Shown here one piece after another: positions 45,833 through 55,967 of a stretch of DNA of 64,000 nt; within the stretch, counting starts at the first letter, position 1, and every line of letters begins with the position of its first letter. The position numbers were made by a program, and so were the translations under genes. The notes under the pieces are model-generated. The model was not told where the DNA came from. It saw nothing but the letters and a program-made list of their open reading frames with translations, and searched no databases. The DNA comes from Candidatus Altimarinota bacterium (GTDB lineage: Bacteria; Patescibacteriota; Gracilibacteria; CAIRYL01; GCA-016699755): the NCBI GenBank assembly GCA_963664295.1, contig OY760935.1:160001-224000 (forward strand), written 5' to 3'.

Positions 45833-46512
45833 TTTAATTTTTTTAAGGCATTAAAAGCCGCATCAATACTTGCTTTTTGTTTACTTGAACCTTTGCCTTT
45901 GGCAATGCATTTTTCATCTAAATAAGCACCAACGATGAATTTTTTGTTATGGTCAGGTCCACTTTCTTTAAGAACCTCAAAATGAGGGGTTATGCTCTTT
46001 TTTTCTTGAGCAAGCTCTTGAAAAAGAGACTTAGAGTCTTTGTGTAGATTTTGGGCAATAATTTCATCTATTTCCGGATAAAGAAATTCTTTGAGAATTT
46101 TTTCAACCTCTCTTAAGCCGCTATCAAGATAAATAGCACCAATTACAGCCTCAAAAGTATTAGCAAGAATATATTCTTTTTTTCTGCCTCCTGATTTTTC
46201 TTCTCCTTTGGACATGAATAAATATTTACCCAGATCTATTTTTTTAGATAAGCGAGCAAGATTTTCTCCGCAGACTAAAGCGCTTCTATAGGCAGTTAAG
46301 ATACCTTCTTCTTCTTTTGGGAATTTTTTAAATAAAAAACGAGTGGAAAGTAGTTCCAACACAGCATCGCCCAAAAATTCCAACCTTTCATTACTATCTC
46401 GTTTTAATCCTTTATGCTCGTTTAAATAACTTTTATGAGTAAAAGCTTCTTCAAAAATTTCTTTATTTTTTATTGTAATGCCGAGTTTTTCACAAAGGCT
46501 TTTTAATTCCAT
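45823..46512 (-). CDS. rnc: Ribonuclease III
   Basis: FTHKSY, NERLEFLGDAVL, FEAVIGAIYLD, dsRBD GPDH. Confidence 0.97.
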   Translation of the reverse strand: MELKSLCEKLGITIKNKEIFEEAFTHKSYLNEHKGLKRDSNERLEFLGDAVLELLSTRFLFKKFPKEEEGILTAYRSALVCGENLARLSKKIDLGKYLFMSKGEEKSGGRKKEYILANTFEAVIGAIYLDSGLREVEKILKEFLYPEIDEIIAQNLHKDSKSLFQELAQEKKSITPHFEVLKESGPDHNKKFIVGAYLDEKCIAKGKGSSKQKASIDAAFNALKKLKWN

Positions 46513-46922
46513 TATTTTTTAATATCTTTTGCAAGACTAGAAAGCACTCCATTAACAAATTTGCCTGCTGTTTCGTCTCCAAATTCTTTAGCTATTTCAA
46601 TAGCTTCGTTCAAGATGACTGCAAGGGGAGTGTCAGTTTTCATAATTTCATAAGCACCAATTTCTAAAACACACCTTTCTACTGAGCAAAGTTTTTCAAT
46701 AGGCCATTTTGGAGCATATTCCTGAAGTTTTTCATCAATTTCTTCTCTAATACTAATAACTCCTTCAAAAAGCTCGCGAGCAAAAGAATGGTCTTTTAGT
46801 TCAGGAGCAAATTTTTGGATAATGTAGTCAAAAATTTTTTCAGGTTCTTTGTTCTTGCTCACTGTCACAGCAGTAAGCGCCTGAAAGGCTGTTATTCTGG
46901 CAATGTGTCTTAGTTTAGCCAA
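46512..46922 (-). CDS. nusB: Transcription antitermination factor NusB
   Basis: R..AR..AFQAL, W..E.L, NEAIEIAK.FG, FVNGVL. Confidence 0.94.
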   Translation of the reverse strand: MAKLRHIARITAFQALTAVTVSKNKEPEKIFDYIIQKFAPELKDHSFARELFEGVISIREEIDEKLQEYAPKWPIEKLCSVERCVLEIGAYEIMKTDTPLAVILNEAIEIAKEFGDETAGKFVNGVLSSLAKDIKK

Positions 46923-46937
46923 TTTATAAGGATCAAA

Positions 46938-47162
46938 TTAAGCTTGTATTTTTGTCACCTCAGCTTTTTTCTTTTTAAGAACTTCTCTTTTTTTATAATA
47001 ACCACACTCAGCACAAGCAGTGTGAGTTTGGCGTTTTGCGCCACAATTTTCACAAGTTGTTAAAGAAATTTTATCAAGAATTTTTTTCTGAGTTTTTTGC
47101 TTATAAGCTGAATGTCTTGTGCGACCGTATGATCTAGCAACTTTCTTTTTTGGTACTGCCAT
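46938..47162 (-). CDS. rpmF: 50S ribosomal protein L32 (Zn-ribbon type)
   Basis: MAVPKKK, CENCG, H.AC.ECGYY. Confidence 0.95.
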   Translation of the reverse strand: MAVPKKKVARSYGRTRHSAYKQKTQKKILDKISLTTCENCGAKRQTHTACAECGYYKKREVLKKKKAEVTKIQA

Positions 47163-47226
47163 ATTATCTATTTAAATAAATGCTCTGGAGATTTTGGACT
47201 AATTTTTTAAAAAATGCAAGGCTTTT

Positions 47227-48078
47227 TCATGCTTTATTTTGTTTTTCTTTTGCTCTTATTGTATTAAGAATTAAGGAAATTACTGTCATTGGACCAACTC
47301 CACCAGGGACAGGAGTGATATAACTTGCTTTTTTGCTTACTTCTTCATAATCCACATCACCACACAATTTGCCATTTTCATCACGGTTCATGCCAATATC
47401 AACAATAATTGCACCTTTTTTAACCATATCTGCGGTGATTAGCTTTGCTTTGCCAACAGCAACAGCAATTAAATCTGCCTTTTTAGTATATTCTGCAAGG
47501 TTTTTTGTGTGAATATGGCAAACAGAAACAGTAGCATTGCGATTTAAAAGCATCATAGCCAAAGGTTTGCCAGTAATATTAGAATGACCAACAATAATTG
47601 CGTCCATACCTTGTACGTCAATATTATATTCATCTAATAATTTAATTACGCCAAAGGGAGTTGCTGGTGGTAAATCTTCGAAATCTTTAGATAAAAAAAC
47701 TTTTCCAAGATTATAAGCACAAAATCCATCAACATCTTTAATTGGCTTGATCTGGCGAATAACTAAAGGCACAGAAATGTGTGCAGGTAAGGGAAGTTGC
47801 ACAATAATTCCTGTCACTTCTGTGTCTTCATTTAATTCAGTAATTTTGCTTAACAATTCCTCCTGACTTATGTTTTCTGGATAACTTACTTCTTCATATA
47901 AAAGTCCAGCTTCGAGAGCAGCTTCTTTTTTTTTGCGAATATAAACCTTACTAGCTGGATCTTCGCCCACTTGCACAACTACTAATTTTGGTTTTTGTGC
48001 CATTTTTGCCACTTTTTCTTTGGCTTCTTGTAGTAGTTTGTCTGCCAGTTTTTTACCATCTAATATTTTTGTGCTCAT
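47227..48078 (-). CDS. folD: Methylenetetrahydrofolate dehydrogenase/cyclohydrolase
   Basis: VG.DPAS..Y, QLPLP, KDVDG, DVD, TPVPGGVGPMT. Confidence 0.97.
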   Translation of the reverse strand: MSTKILDGKKLADKLLQEAKEKVAKMAQKPKLVVVQVGEDPASKVYIRKKKEAALEAGLLYEEVSYPENISQEELLSKITELNEDTEVTGIIVQLPLPAHISVPLVIRQIKPIKDVDGFCAYNLGKVFLSKDFEDLPPATPFGVIKLLDEYNIDVQGMDAIIVGHSNITGKPLAMMLLNRNATVSVCHIHTKNLAEYTKKADLIAVAVGKAKLITADMVKKGAIIVDIGMNRDENGKLCGDVDYEEVSKKASYITPVPGGVGPMTVISLILNTIRAKEKQNKA

Positions 48079-48083
48079 TGTTT

Positions 48084-48680
48084 TTATAAATATTTTTTAA
48101 TTATTTCAAAAACCTGATTGCCAAGGCTTTCTATGCTTTGATTTGCATCAAGTATATACACCTTTGGTTTTTCAGAGTCTTTATTTTCTTGGATTAAATT
48201 TTGATAATTTTCACTCACTCGCTTAAGCACATCTTCTTTTTCAAATAATTCTTTACCCAAGCCTCTGCTGTCCACCCTTTTTAAGGCTTCGTTAGGTTCA
48301 ATTTGTAAATAAAAAATAATATCTGGTTGTGGAAATTTTTCATTGAGTTTTTTTAGCCATTCGCGATCACAACTTAGTCCGCCAAAAACAATAGTGCTCC
48401 AAAAATAACGATCAGAAACCACTGTTTTTCCTTCTTTTAAGGCTGGATTTATTGTTTTGTAAACATGATCTGCTCTATCAGCGCAAAATAATAACTGCAA
48501 GGCCTCAGGAGAAGTTTTTTGTTTGTTTTGAAGAATTTCTTTACTGAGTAAGCCCATTGCCTCTGTTGTTGGTTCGCCTGTTGCTACTGCTAATTTGCCA
48601 TTTTCAATAAGCTTGTGAAAAAGCAAATCTTTTTGAGTTGTTGTGCCAGAGCCGTCAATTCCTTCAAACACTATAAACAT
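48084..48680 (-). CDS. tmk: Thymidylate kinase
   Basis: FEGIDGSG.TTQ, EP, LF.ADR, SDRY. Confidence 0.93.
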   Translation of the reverse strand: MFIVFEGIDGSGTTTQKDLLFHKLIENGKLAVATGEPTTEAMGLLSKEILQNKQKTSPEALQLLFCADRADHVYKTINPALKEGKTVVSDRYFWSTIVFGGLSCDREWLKKLNEKFPQPDIIFYLQIEPNEALKRVDSRGLGKELFEKEDVLKRVSENYQNLIQENKDSEKPKVYILDANQSIESLGNQVFEIIKKYL

Positions 48681-48723
48681 GCCTCATATTTTGGCATGAA
48701 TTTATGAAAATTTCATCTATTTT

Positions 48724-49356
48724 TTAATCAATAGCAATTAAATATTCATGGTTTGTATTTTTTGGAGCAATTTCGCCACTTGTTTTTGCAGTAAAGACGC
48801 CAACTTCTCCTGGCATAATATATTTATTGCCATTTTCGCTTTCCAGATTGATTATTCGCAGGTCAACATAGTTTTCCCATTCATCTTCTGTGTTCCAAGC
48901 AAAATCACTAGTGTTTTTTAGTTCTATTTTATTGCCATTTTGATTGATTAACTTTGCTTTTCCATTTTTGCTCCAGTGAATTTTTGTCACTACATCATTT
49001 TTGGTTTCAAAAAAGCCAAAATATGGATGAAGTGTGTTTCCTTCTCCTTTTCCAAGAAAAGAAACCATCACGCCACCAGGAACTTCTTCAAAATTAACAT
49101 CAAATAAATTTTTATTTTTTTCTAAATCATTAATTAGTGATTGTGAGCCCTCTATTTTTTCTAATTCTTCAAGACTTTCTCTTAAAATTGTTCTTTCTAA
49201 GAAAGTTTCTATTTGGTTTTTTTCTTCTATGATGCTGGCTTTGTTTTGTTCAGCAAAATTTTTTGCCCTCATAAACAGCAAAAACCCGCAAATTACTGCA
49301 ATAAATATTACTGAAATTATTATTTTATCTTTCTGGTTTTTGTTTAATTTAAGCAT
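48724..49356 (-). CDS. Membrane-anchored hypothetical protein
   Basis: N-terminal TM helix; 210-aa ORF. Confidence 0.65.
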   Translation of the reverse strand: MLKLNKNQKDKIIISVIFIAVICGFLLFMRAKNFAEQNKASIIEEKNQIETFLERTILRESLEELEKIEGSQSLINDLEKNKNLFDVNFEEVPGGVMVSFLGKGEGNTLHPYFGFFETKNDVVTKIHWSKNGKAKLINQNGNKIELKNTSDFAWNTEDEWENYVDLRIINLESENGNKYIMPGEVGVFTAKTSGEIAPKNTNHEYLIAID

Positions 49357-49459
49357 TTTTGTTTATTTTTCAGAACATAATACCATATTTTTTTTACAAA
49401 ATCGAGTGTAATTTGTGGTTTTTGGTGTAAAATTAGCAAAGATTTGAGACTATTTTTAA

Positions 49460-50287
49460 ATGAAAAAAATTCTTATTTTTGGCGCACAAGGAATGTTAGG
49501 ACAGGATTTTTTTAAAATTTTATCCACTGATTTTGAAATTATTCCTTTTTCTCGCTATAACCTTGATTTATTTGATTTAGAAAAAATAGCACCAGCTATT
49601 TTAGAGCTAAAGCCAGATATTGTAATTAATTGTTCTGCTTTTACAGATACAGAAAAAGCAGAAAATTCAGAATACAAAGATGAAGTTTTGACCTTGAATA
49701 GAGATGCTCCAGTAGAAATGGCAAAAGCCTGCAAAGAGCTAGGTGCTGAGTTTATTCATTTTTCCACTGACTTTGTTTTTGATGGCAAAAATCCACCTTA
49801 TTTAGAAGATAGTGAAAAAAATTCACTTAATTTTTATGGCTTGAGCAAGTCCGAAGGTGAAGATTGTGTACAAAAAATTTATTCAAAATCTGTTATTATC
49901 CGCACTGCTTGGTTGTTTGGAGATGGTGGAATTAATTTTGTGAAAAAAATTCTTTCATTGTCAAAAAAGAAGAAAAAAATTGATGTTGTTGATGATATTT
50001 TTGTTTCAATGACATACTCTATTGATCTTGTTAATGCTGTTAAAGAGTTGATTATGAACAATAAATTTGATCAAAAAATTTATCACTTTGTAAATGAAGG
50101 TCAAAACTCACTTTTTGATATTGCAAAAATAATTGCAGAAATAAAAAATTTCAAAGTAGAAATAAGTCCAGTTTCTAGTGATAATTTTTTATCAAATATC
50201 CAAAGACCAAAAAAAGCCTTGCTAAAAAATTCTAGCAATATAAAACTAAGACCTCTAAAAGAGGCGTTGCAAGACTTTCTTTCTTGA
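49460..50287 (+). CDS. rmlD: dTDP-4-dehydrorhamnose reductase
   Basis: GAQGMLG, STDFVFDG, YGLSK, RTAWLF. Confidence 0.92.
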   Translation: MKKILIFGAQGMLGQDFFKILSTDFEIIPFSRYNLDLFDLEKIAPAILELKPDIVINCSAFTDTEKAENSEYKDEVLTLNRDAPVEMAKACKELGAEFIHFSTDFVFDGKNPPYLEDSEKNSLNFYGLSKSEGEDCVQKIYSKSVIIRTAWLFGDGGINFVKKILSLSKKKKKIDVVDDIFVSMTYSIDLVNAVKELIMNNKFDQKIYHFVNEGQNSLFDIAKIIAEIKNFKVEISPVSSDNFLSNIQRPKKALLKNSSNIKLRPLKEALQDFLS

Positions 50288-50319
50288 GAAAATAAACAAA
50301 ATCAATAATAATCTTAACA

Positions 50320-51045
50320 ATGATTAAAAAAGGAATAATTTTAGCAGGAGGCACAGGAAGCAGACTTTATCCAGCAACAAAAGTGACCAATAAGCACCTT
50401 TTGCCTGTTTATGATTCGCCAATGATTTTTTATCCCTTAAATACTCTCAAAAAAGCAGGAATAGAAGATATTTTAATAGTTTGCGGAGAGGATCATGTGG
50501 GTGATTTTGCTCGTTTGCTCAAAGATGGCTCTGAATTTGGAGTGAAATTAACTTACAAAGTTCAGACTGAGGCAGGTGGTATTGCTCAGGCGCTTTCTTT
50601 GGCTGAAGATTTTGTTAATAATCAAAACATGACAGTTGTTTTGGGGGACAATATTTATGAAGATGATTTTAGCGAGCCTGTTCAGGCTTTTGAAAAAGGA
50701 GCACATGTTTTTCTTAAAGAAGTACCTGATCCTAATAGATTTGGCGTGGCTGAGCTTGATGAAAATAACAATGTTTTAAGTATTGAAGAGAAGCCAGAAA
50801 ATCCTAAGACAAATTTTGCTGTCACTGGTTTGTATCTCTATGATTTTACGGTTTTTAACAAAATTCGTTCTTGCAAGCCCAGTGCTCGTGGTGAGCTAGA
50901 AATTACCGATGTAAGCAATTTGTATATTCAAGAAAAAAACCTGGGAGCTTCTATAATAAAAGGTAATTGGTCTGATGCAGGTACGCACGAAAGCCTTTTT
51001 AGAGCTACTGTCATTGCCAGAGATTTAAAATTAAAAAATGCCTAA
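50320..51045 (+). CDS. rmlA: Glucose-1-phosphate thymidylyltransferase (short form)
   Basis: GIILAGG.GSRLYP, K.LLPVYD, LGDN, EEKP, RGELEITD, W.DAGT. Confidence 0.9.
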   Translation: MIKKGIILAGGTGSRLYPATKVTNKHLLPVYDSPMIFYPLNTLKKAGIEDILIVCGEDHVGDFARLLKDGSEFGVKLTYKVQTEAGGIAQALSLAEDFVNNQNMTVVLGDNIYEDDFSEPVQAFEKGAHVFLKEVPDPNRFGVAELDENNNVLSIEEKPENPKTNFAVTGLYLYDFTVFNKIRSCKPSARGELEITDVSNLYIQEKNLGASIIKGNWSDAGTHESLFRATVIARDLKLKNA

Positions 51046-51991
51046 AGTTATTATTGGTATTCTTGCTTATAATGGTGAAAAATATTTTGATCGCTGTTTA
51101 GGGTCACTTTTTAAACAAGATTTTGCAGACTTGGAAATAATTGTATTTGATAATGCTTCACCAAATAATGACTACAAAATATTGCAGGAAAGATACGGAG
51201 ATAAAGTAAAAATAATTCGTTCCGAGAAAAATCTTGGTTTTGGTCGAGGACATAACAAAATTATCCAAGAAACAGAAAGTGAATATTATCTTTGTCTTAA
51301 TCAAGATATGTTTTTTGATAAAAATTTTGTGACAGAGCTTGTTAGAGCTATTGAAAAAGATCCAAAATACGGCATGGCAACTGGCAAGCTTTATCGTTGG
51401 GATTTTGAAAATGATAAAAAAACAGACAAGATAGATACAGTAGGAATGAAAGCTTATGCAAATCATCATTTTGCAGACAGAGGGCAAGACGAAAAAGACC
51501 TTGGACAATATGATAAAGAAAAAGAAATATTTGGCTCATCAGGTTCAGCAGTGCTTTTTCGTAGAATTGCCTTAGATGATGTTGGTCTGTTTGATGACTT
51601 AATGTTTATGTACAAAGAGGACATAGATCTTAATTATCGTTTTCAATGGGCAGGTTGGAAGTGTGTATATACACCAAAAGCACTTGCCTGGCACGATCGC
51701 ACAATAGAAAAAACAAAAGAAAGAATAAAAAGAAATCCAAAAATTAGAGAATGGTCTTATTTAAACCATTTAATTATGGTAGAAAAGAATTTTTCTCCGC
51801 ATTATTCCTTGATGACAAAAATAAAAACTCGATTTTATTTATTTTTAAGAAAAATTTGGGCGCATATTATAGAAAGAGATACAATAAACGCAGAAAAAGA
51901 ATTCAAGAACCTAATGCCAGAGATTATTAAAAGAAAAGAAGCAATGCAAAAAAGAGTTTCTGCTAAAGAAATTGAAAAATATTTTAATTAA
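51038..51991 (+). CDS. GT2 family glycosyltransferase
   Basis: DNAS, NLGF..GHN, LNQD, FMYKEDID. Confidence 0.9.
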   Translation: MPKVIIGILAYNGEKYFDRCLGSLFKQDFADLEIIVFDNASPNNDYKILQERYGDKVKIIRSEKNLGFGRGHNKIIQETESEYYLCLNQDMFFDKNFVTELVRAIEKDPKYGMATGKLYRWDFENDKKTDKIDTVGMKAYANHHFADRGQDEKDLGQYDKEKEIFGSSGSAVLFRRIALDDVGLFDDLMFMYKEDIDLNYRFQWAGWKCVYTPKALAWHDRTIEKTKERIKRNPKIREWSYLNHLIMVEKNFSPHYSLMTKIKTRFYLFLRKIWAHIIERDTINAEKEFKNLMPEIIKRKEAMQKRVSAKEIEKYFN

Positions 51992-51993
51992 GA

Positions 51994-52806
51994 ATGAAAT
52001 TATCAATTATTATATTAAATTTTAATTCCCAGGATTTTACAGATAAATGCCTTAAAAGTCTTGCAAAATTTCCACTAAAATCAGAATATGAAATTTTGAT
52101 TATTGATAATGCATCAAAAAACAATGAATTAGAAAAAATTCGTCAAAAATGGGAAAACAAAGAACATAAAAACATAAAATTTATTCATTCTCCAAAAAAT
52201 TTAGGCTATGGACAAGGTAATGAATTAGCAATAAAACAAGCAAAAGGGGAGTATGTTGCAGTGATCAATCCAGATATTGAAGTTAATAAAAATACTCTTG
52301 ATGGTTTGCTTGATTTTTTAGACAAAAATCCAAAAGTGGGATTGGTAGGGCCAAGATTGTACTATAAAAATGGCTCAACTCAGGATTCTTTTCGTAGATT
52401 TCCAGTGCCAATAGATTTATTGATTAAAAGAGTAAATTTTTTAAGAAAACGCTTTCAGGGTCGCATGGCAAAATTTTTGATGTGGGATGTGGATTTTAAA
52501 AAACCAATTCCAGTGGATTGGGTTGTTGGCGCTTTTTTTGTTATGCGCAAAAAAGCCTGGGAAGAGGTAGGTGGTTTTGATCCTCGCTATTTTTTGTTTT
52601 TTGAGGACACAGATATTTGCAGAACAATGTGGAAAAAAGGCTGGGAGGTTTATTACAATCCTCTTTATACAGCAATTCATAATCATGAAAGATTATCAGA
52701 AACAAGTGGTTTATTAGATATTTTTTGTAAAAAAACTGTCCGGACACATATAGCAAGCGGGTTTAAATATTTTTTTAAGTGGGGATTGGGCAAGAAAAGA
52801 AGCTAG
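51994..52806 (+). CDS. GT2 family glycosyltransferase (rhamnosyltransferase-like)
   Basis: DNAS, NLGYG..N, INPD, DWVVGA, GFD.RYFLFFED.D. Confidence 0.9.
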   Translation: MKLSIIILNFNSQDFTDKCLKSLAKFPLKSEYEILIIDNASKNNELEKIRQKWENKEHKNIKFIHSPKNLGYGQGNELAIKQAKGEYVAVINPDIEVNKNTLDGLLDFLDKNPKVGLVGPRLYYKNGSTQDSFRRFPVPIDLLIKRVNFLRKRFQGRMAKFLMWDVDFKKPIPVDWVVGAFFVMRKKAWEEVGGFDPRYFLFFEDTDICRTMWKKGWEVYYNPLYTAIHNHERLSETSGLLDIFCKKTVRTHIASGFKYFFKWGLGKKRS

Positions 52807-52864
52807 ATAAACTAAGTTGTACTTTTTTCTTTTAGTTCCTTTTTTGGTCATTTTTTTCTTTTTC

Positions 52865-53132
52865 TGCCATTCTGACCGCTTTTTTTGTAGCCCTCTTTGT
52901 TTCATCACCCTGAGCCCCCCTTGTTTTGTCATTCGCCTAGGCGAATCTCCCATAGTCATTACTGTTGTAATAATCGAGGTAGTATCCCTAATTCAGTCAT
53001 CCTGAGTGAAACGAAGGATCTCCCGTAGTCATTACTACATAATCACCCAAGGTAAAACCTGAGTTCATGGCAAAGGAGATTCTTCGGCTCTCCTTCTTCG
53101 CTAAAGCTACGAAGGATTCACTCAGAATGACA
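52865..53132. repeat. Cluster of palindromic REP-like elements (locus 3)
   Basis: Degenerate left ends, a truncated copy from 52927, and a full GTCATCCTGAG...GAAGGATCTC...CTCAGAATGACA unit (52996-53132). Confidence 0.85.
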
Positions 53133-53171
53133 TCTCAAAAATTTAGCAATAATAAGATGAATTATCTTAGG

Positions 53172-53945
53172 TTAAAGCCCTACAATATCCAGCCAAAAAT
53201 TGACAAAAAATTTACCCCAAAAAAGTGCAATTAAAGCACCTAAAACCAAAAAAGGACCAAAAGGAACTTCGGATTTAGAGCCTTTTTTGTTGAGGTAAAT
53301 AATTATTGGAGAAAAAAAGGCACCAATAAAATAAGCCAAAAAAAGTGCAACAATAACTTTTTGCCAACCAAGCACAATGCCCATAAAAGCGCCAAGATAA
53401 AAATCACCCAAACCAATAACATCTCGTTTGTAAACATACTTCAGCGGATATTGCAGTCCAAAAAGACCAACAGGTATCAATAAGCCAATTAAAGCATCTT
53501 TTGTTTCAGGAATAGGCAGATTTTTATCAGCAAAAAAACTAAGAACAAAAAATATTATAATTATTCCGCCATGTAGAGGGATAAGCTTGTATTTAAAATC
53601 ATAAACAGCAAGAAACCAAAGAATTGTCACTACTGCCAATGACCAAGCGAGCAAAAGAGAGTTAAATGCAGTAAAATAAGCAGTTAAGCCCCAGATAGCC
53701 CCTGTTAATATCTCTGCTATTGGGTGTTCTATAGAAATTGCCTTTTTGCATTTTCGGCATTTTCCACCAAGAAAAACCCAAGAAAGAACAGGTATTAAAT
53801 CAAGTTGGGTTAGTTTGTGTTGGCAATGATCACAATGTGATCTGCCTAAAAAAATTCCTTTTTCGTTTGAGTGCAAGCGAGAAACTAAAACTCCTAGAAA
53901 ACTGCCAACAAAAAGCCCAATTATAAAAAAGATTACTGTATACAT
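53172..53945 (-). CDS. pilD: Prepilin peptidase (A24)
   Basis: GSFL, RS.C..C...L...DLIP.LSW..L.GKCR.C, D....IP, GLGD, PFGPFL. Confidence 0.93.
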   Translation of the reverse strand: MYTVIFFIIGLFVGSFLGVLVSRLHSNEKGIFLGRSHCDHCQHKLTQLDLIPVLSWVFLGGKCRKCKKAISIEHPIAEILTGAIWGLTAYFTAFNSLLLAWSLAVVTILWFLAVYDFKYKLIPLHGGIIIIFFVLSFFADKNLPIPETKDALIGLLIPVGLFGLQYPLKYVYKRDVIGLGDFYLGAFMGIVLGWQKVIVALFLAYFIGAFFSPIIIYLNKKGSKSEVPFGPFLVLGALIALFWGKFFVNFWLDIVGL

Positions 53946-54115
53946 GATTTGATTATATTGCGCCTTAGGCTTTTTGGGAAGATTTAAATTTATTATTTTT
54001 ACATCACCATATTTTTATTTTTTCGCAAGGGATTTTTAGCTTTTCCAAAAATAAAGGTTTGATTTATGTATAAATTTAGGGCAAAATGCTCAGGCTATTT
54101 TTTTATGGCTTTCTG

Positions 54116-54352
54116 ATGTCCAAAGAAGATGTTATCGAATTAGACGGAAAAGTATTAGAGTGTTTACCAGGTGGTTTCTTTCGAGTCAAGATAACAGCAG
54201 AAAACTTCCCAGAGGAACATTCAGAAATCCATGCACGCGTTAGTGGTAGAATGCGCAAATATTCTATCCGTATTCTCCCGGGGGACAAGGTCAAAGTTGA
54301 GCTTTCTCCTTATGACCTAACGCAAGGCAGAATTACTTATCGTGAAAAATAA
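54116..54352 (+). CDS. infA: Translation initiation factor IF-1
   Basis: KEDVIE..G, SGRMR...[22 protein letters not shown]; start set at ATG 54116. Confidence 0.96.
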   Translation: MSKEDVIELDGKVLECLPGGFFRVKITAENFPEEHSEIHARVSGRMRKYSIRILPGDKVKVELSPYDLTQGRITYREK

Positions 54353-54361
54353 TTAAAAACT

Positions 54362-54475
54362 ATGAAAGTAAGAGCTTCAGTAAAGAAAATTTGTAAAGAT
54401 TGCAAAACCATTCGCAGAAAGGGCGTTGTCCGCGTTATTTGTAAAATTAAAAAACATAAGCAAAGACAAGGTTAA
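54362..54475 (+). CDS. rpmJ: 50S ribosomal protein L36 (absent from the ORF track)
   Basis: [37 protein letters not shown]. Confidence 0.97.
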   Translation: MKVRASVKKICKDCKTIRRKGVVRVICKIKKHKQRQG

Positions 54476-54496
54476 TTTTATTTTTTTAAAAGATAT

Positions 54497-54865
54497 ATGG
54501 CAGTAAGAATTGCTGGTGTCACACTTCCGAATAAAAGAATTGAGATTGCTCTAACATACATATTTGGTGTTGGAAAAAGTCGCTCAAACACAATTTTGAA
54601 CAATCTCAAAATTAATTTAGACAAAAGAGCAGATGAACTTACAGAAGATGAAGTAGCTCAATTAAGAACAGAAATTGATAAATATGTCACAGAAGGTAAC
54701 TTAAGAAGAAAAATTTCATCTGATATTAAAAGATTGCAAGATATTGGTTGTTATCGTGGTTATCGCCACAGAAGAAGATTGCCTGTTCGTGGTCAACGCA
54801 CAAAAACTAATGCTCGCACTAGAAAAGGCAAAAGCACTCCTATTGCAAATAAGAAAAAAGTTTAA
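54497..54865 (+). CDS. rpsM: 30S ribosomal protein S13
   Basis: [19 protein letters not shown]...[17 protein letters not shown]. Confidence 0.98.
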   Translation: MAVRIAGVTLPNKRIEIALTYIFGVGKSRSNTILNNLKINLDKRADELTEDEVAQLRTEIDKYVTEGNLRRKISSDIKRLQDIGCYRGYRHRRRLPVRGQRTKTNARTRKGKSTPIANKKKV

Positions 54866-54887
54866 TTTTATAATTTATTATTGTTAA

Positions 54888-55289
54888 ATGGCAGTAACTA
54901 AGAAAAAAACAACAGCGAAAAAGAAAAAAACAAGAAGAAGCGTGCTAAATGGCAGAGCATATATCACAGCTTCTTTTAATAATACTATTGTCACTTTGAC
55001 AGACGAAGAAGGAGAAGTTATTTCTTGGAGTTCTGCAGGAGCTAGTGGTTTTAAAGGCTCTCGCAAATCTACTCCATATGCAGCTCAAGTTGCTGCAGAA
55101 AACGCTGCAGAAAAAGCTAAAAACTCTTGTGGCATTGAAAATTTACAAGTTTTTGTGAAAGGTGTTGGGCCTGGTAGAGAGCAAGCTATTCGTGGTTTAC
55201 ATACTTCTAAATTAAATTTGCTTTCTATTACTGACTTAACAACAATTCCACACAATGGTTGTCGTAAGAAAAAACCAAGAAAAGTTTAA
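54888..55289 (+). CDS. rpsK: 30S ribosomal protein S11
   Basis: [34 protein letters not shown]. Confidence 0.98.
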   Translation: MAVTKKKTTAKKKKTRRSVLNGRAYITASFNNTIVTLTDEEGEVISWSSAGASGFKGSRKSTPYAAQVAAENAAEKAKNSCGIENLQVFVKGVGPGREQAIRGLHTSKLNLLSITDLTTIPHNGCRKKKPRKV

Positions 55290-55322
55290 CTTTATTATAT
55301 TATTTTTTGTTTCTAATTAATT

Positions 55323-55943
55323 ATGAGAGGTTCTCAAGCAAAATGTAGGCTATGTCGCAGAGAAGGCGAAAAACTATTTCTTAAAGGTGACAGATGTAAT
55401 AGTCAAAAATGTGCCATGGTTAGACGCCACACAGTTCCTGGTCAAGGCGCAAAAGCTCGTTTTACAAAATTATCTGAATTTGGAAAACAGCTAAGAGAAA
55501 AGCAAAAAGCTAAAAGAATTTTTGGTGTTTCTGAAAAAGTTTTCAGAAATTATTATGAAAAAGCCACCAACCAAAAAGGCATGAGTGGTGAAAATTTGTT
55601 AAGATTATTAGAAAGAAGATTAGACAATGCTGTATATAAAGCAGGCTTAGCAGAATCTAGAAGAGAAGCAAGACAAATGGTGACACATGGTCTTTTTGAG
55701 TTAAATGGCAGAAGAGTAGATGTTCCATCTATTTCTCTTCGTCCTGGCGATACTATAGTAATGCGTGAAAGATCTCGTAATCATCCTTCATACGCAAAAG
55801 CAGCTGAAAGAAAAATCAAAACTCCTGGTTGGTTAAAATTTGACCTTAAAAAACATCAAATTGAGATCACAAGAATGCCAGAAGCAGACGAGCTTGATCA
55901 ATCTATTGCTATTAGCTTGATTATTGAGTTTTATTCACGTTAA
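55323..55943 (+). CDS. rpsD: 30S ribosomal protein S4
   Basis: CRLCRREG, QLREKQK, LERRLDN, ARQMV.HG, IEFYSR. Confidence 0.98.
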   Translation: MRGSQAKCRLCRREGEKLFLKGDRCNSQKCAMVRRHTVPGQGAKARFTKLSEFGKQLREKQKAKRIFGVSEKVFRNYYEKATNQKGMSGENLLRLLERRLDNAVYKAGLAESRREARQMVTHGLFELNGRRVDVPSISLRPGDTIVMRERSRNHPSYAKAAERKIKTPGWLKFDLKKHQIEITRMPEADELDQSIAISLIIEFYSR

Positions 55944-55967
55944 TTTTTTCCTTTTGTTTTTTTAAAA

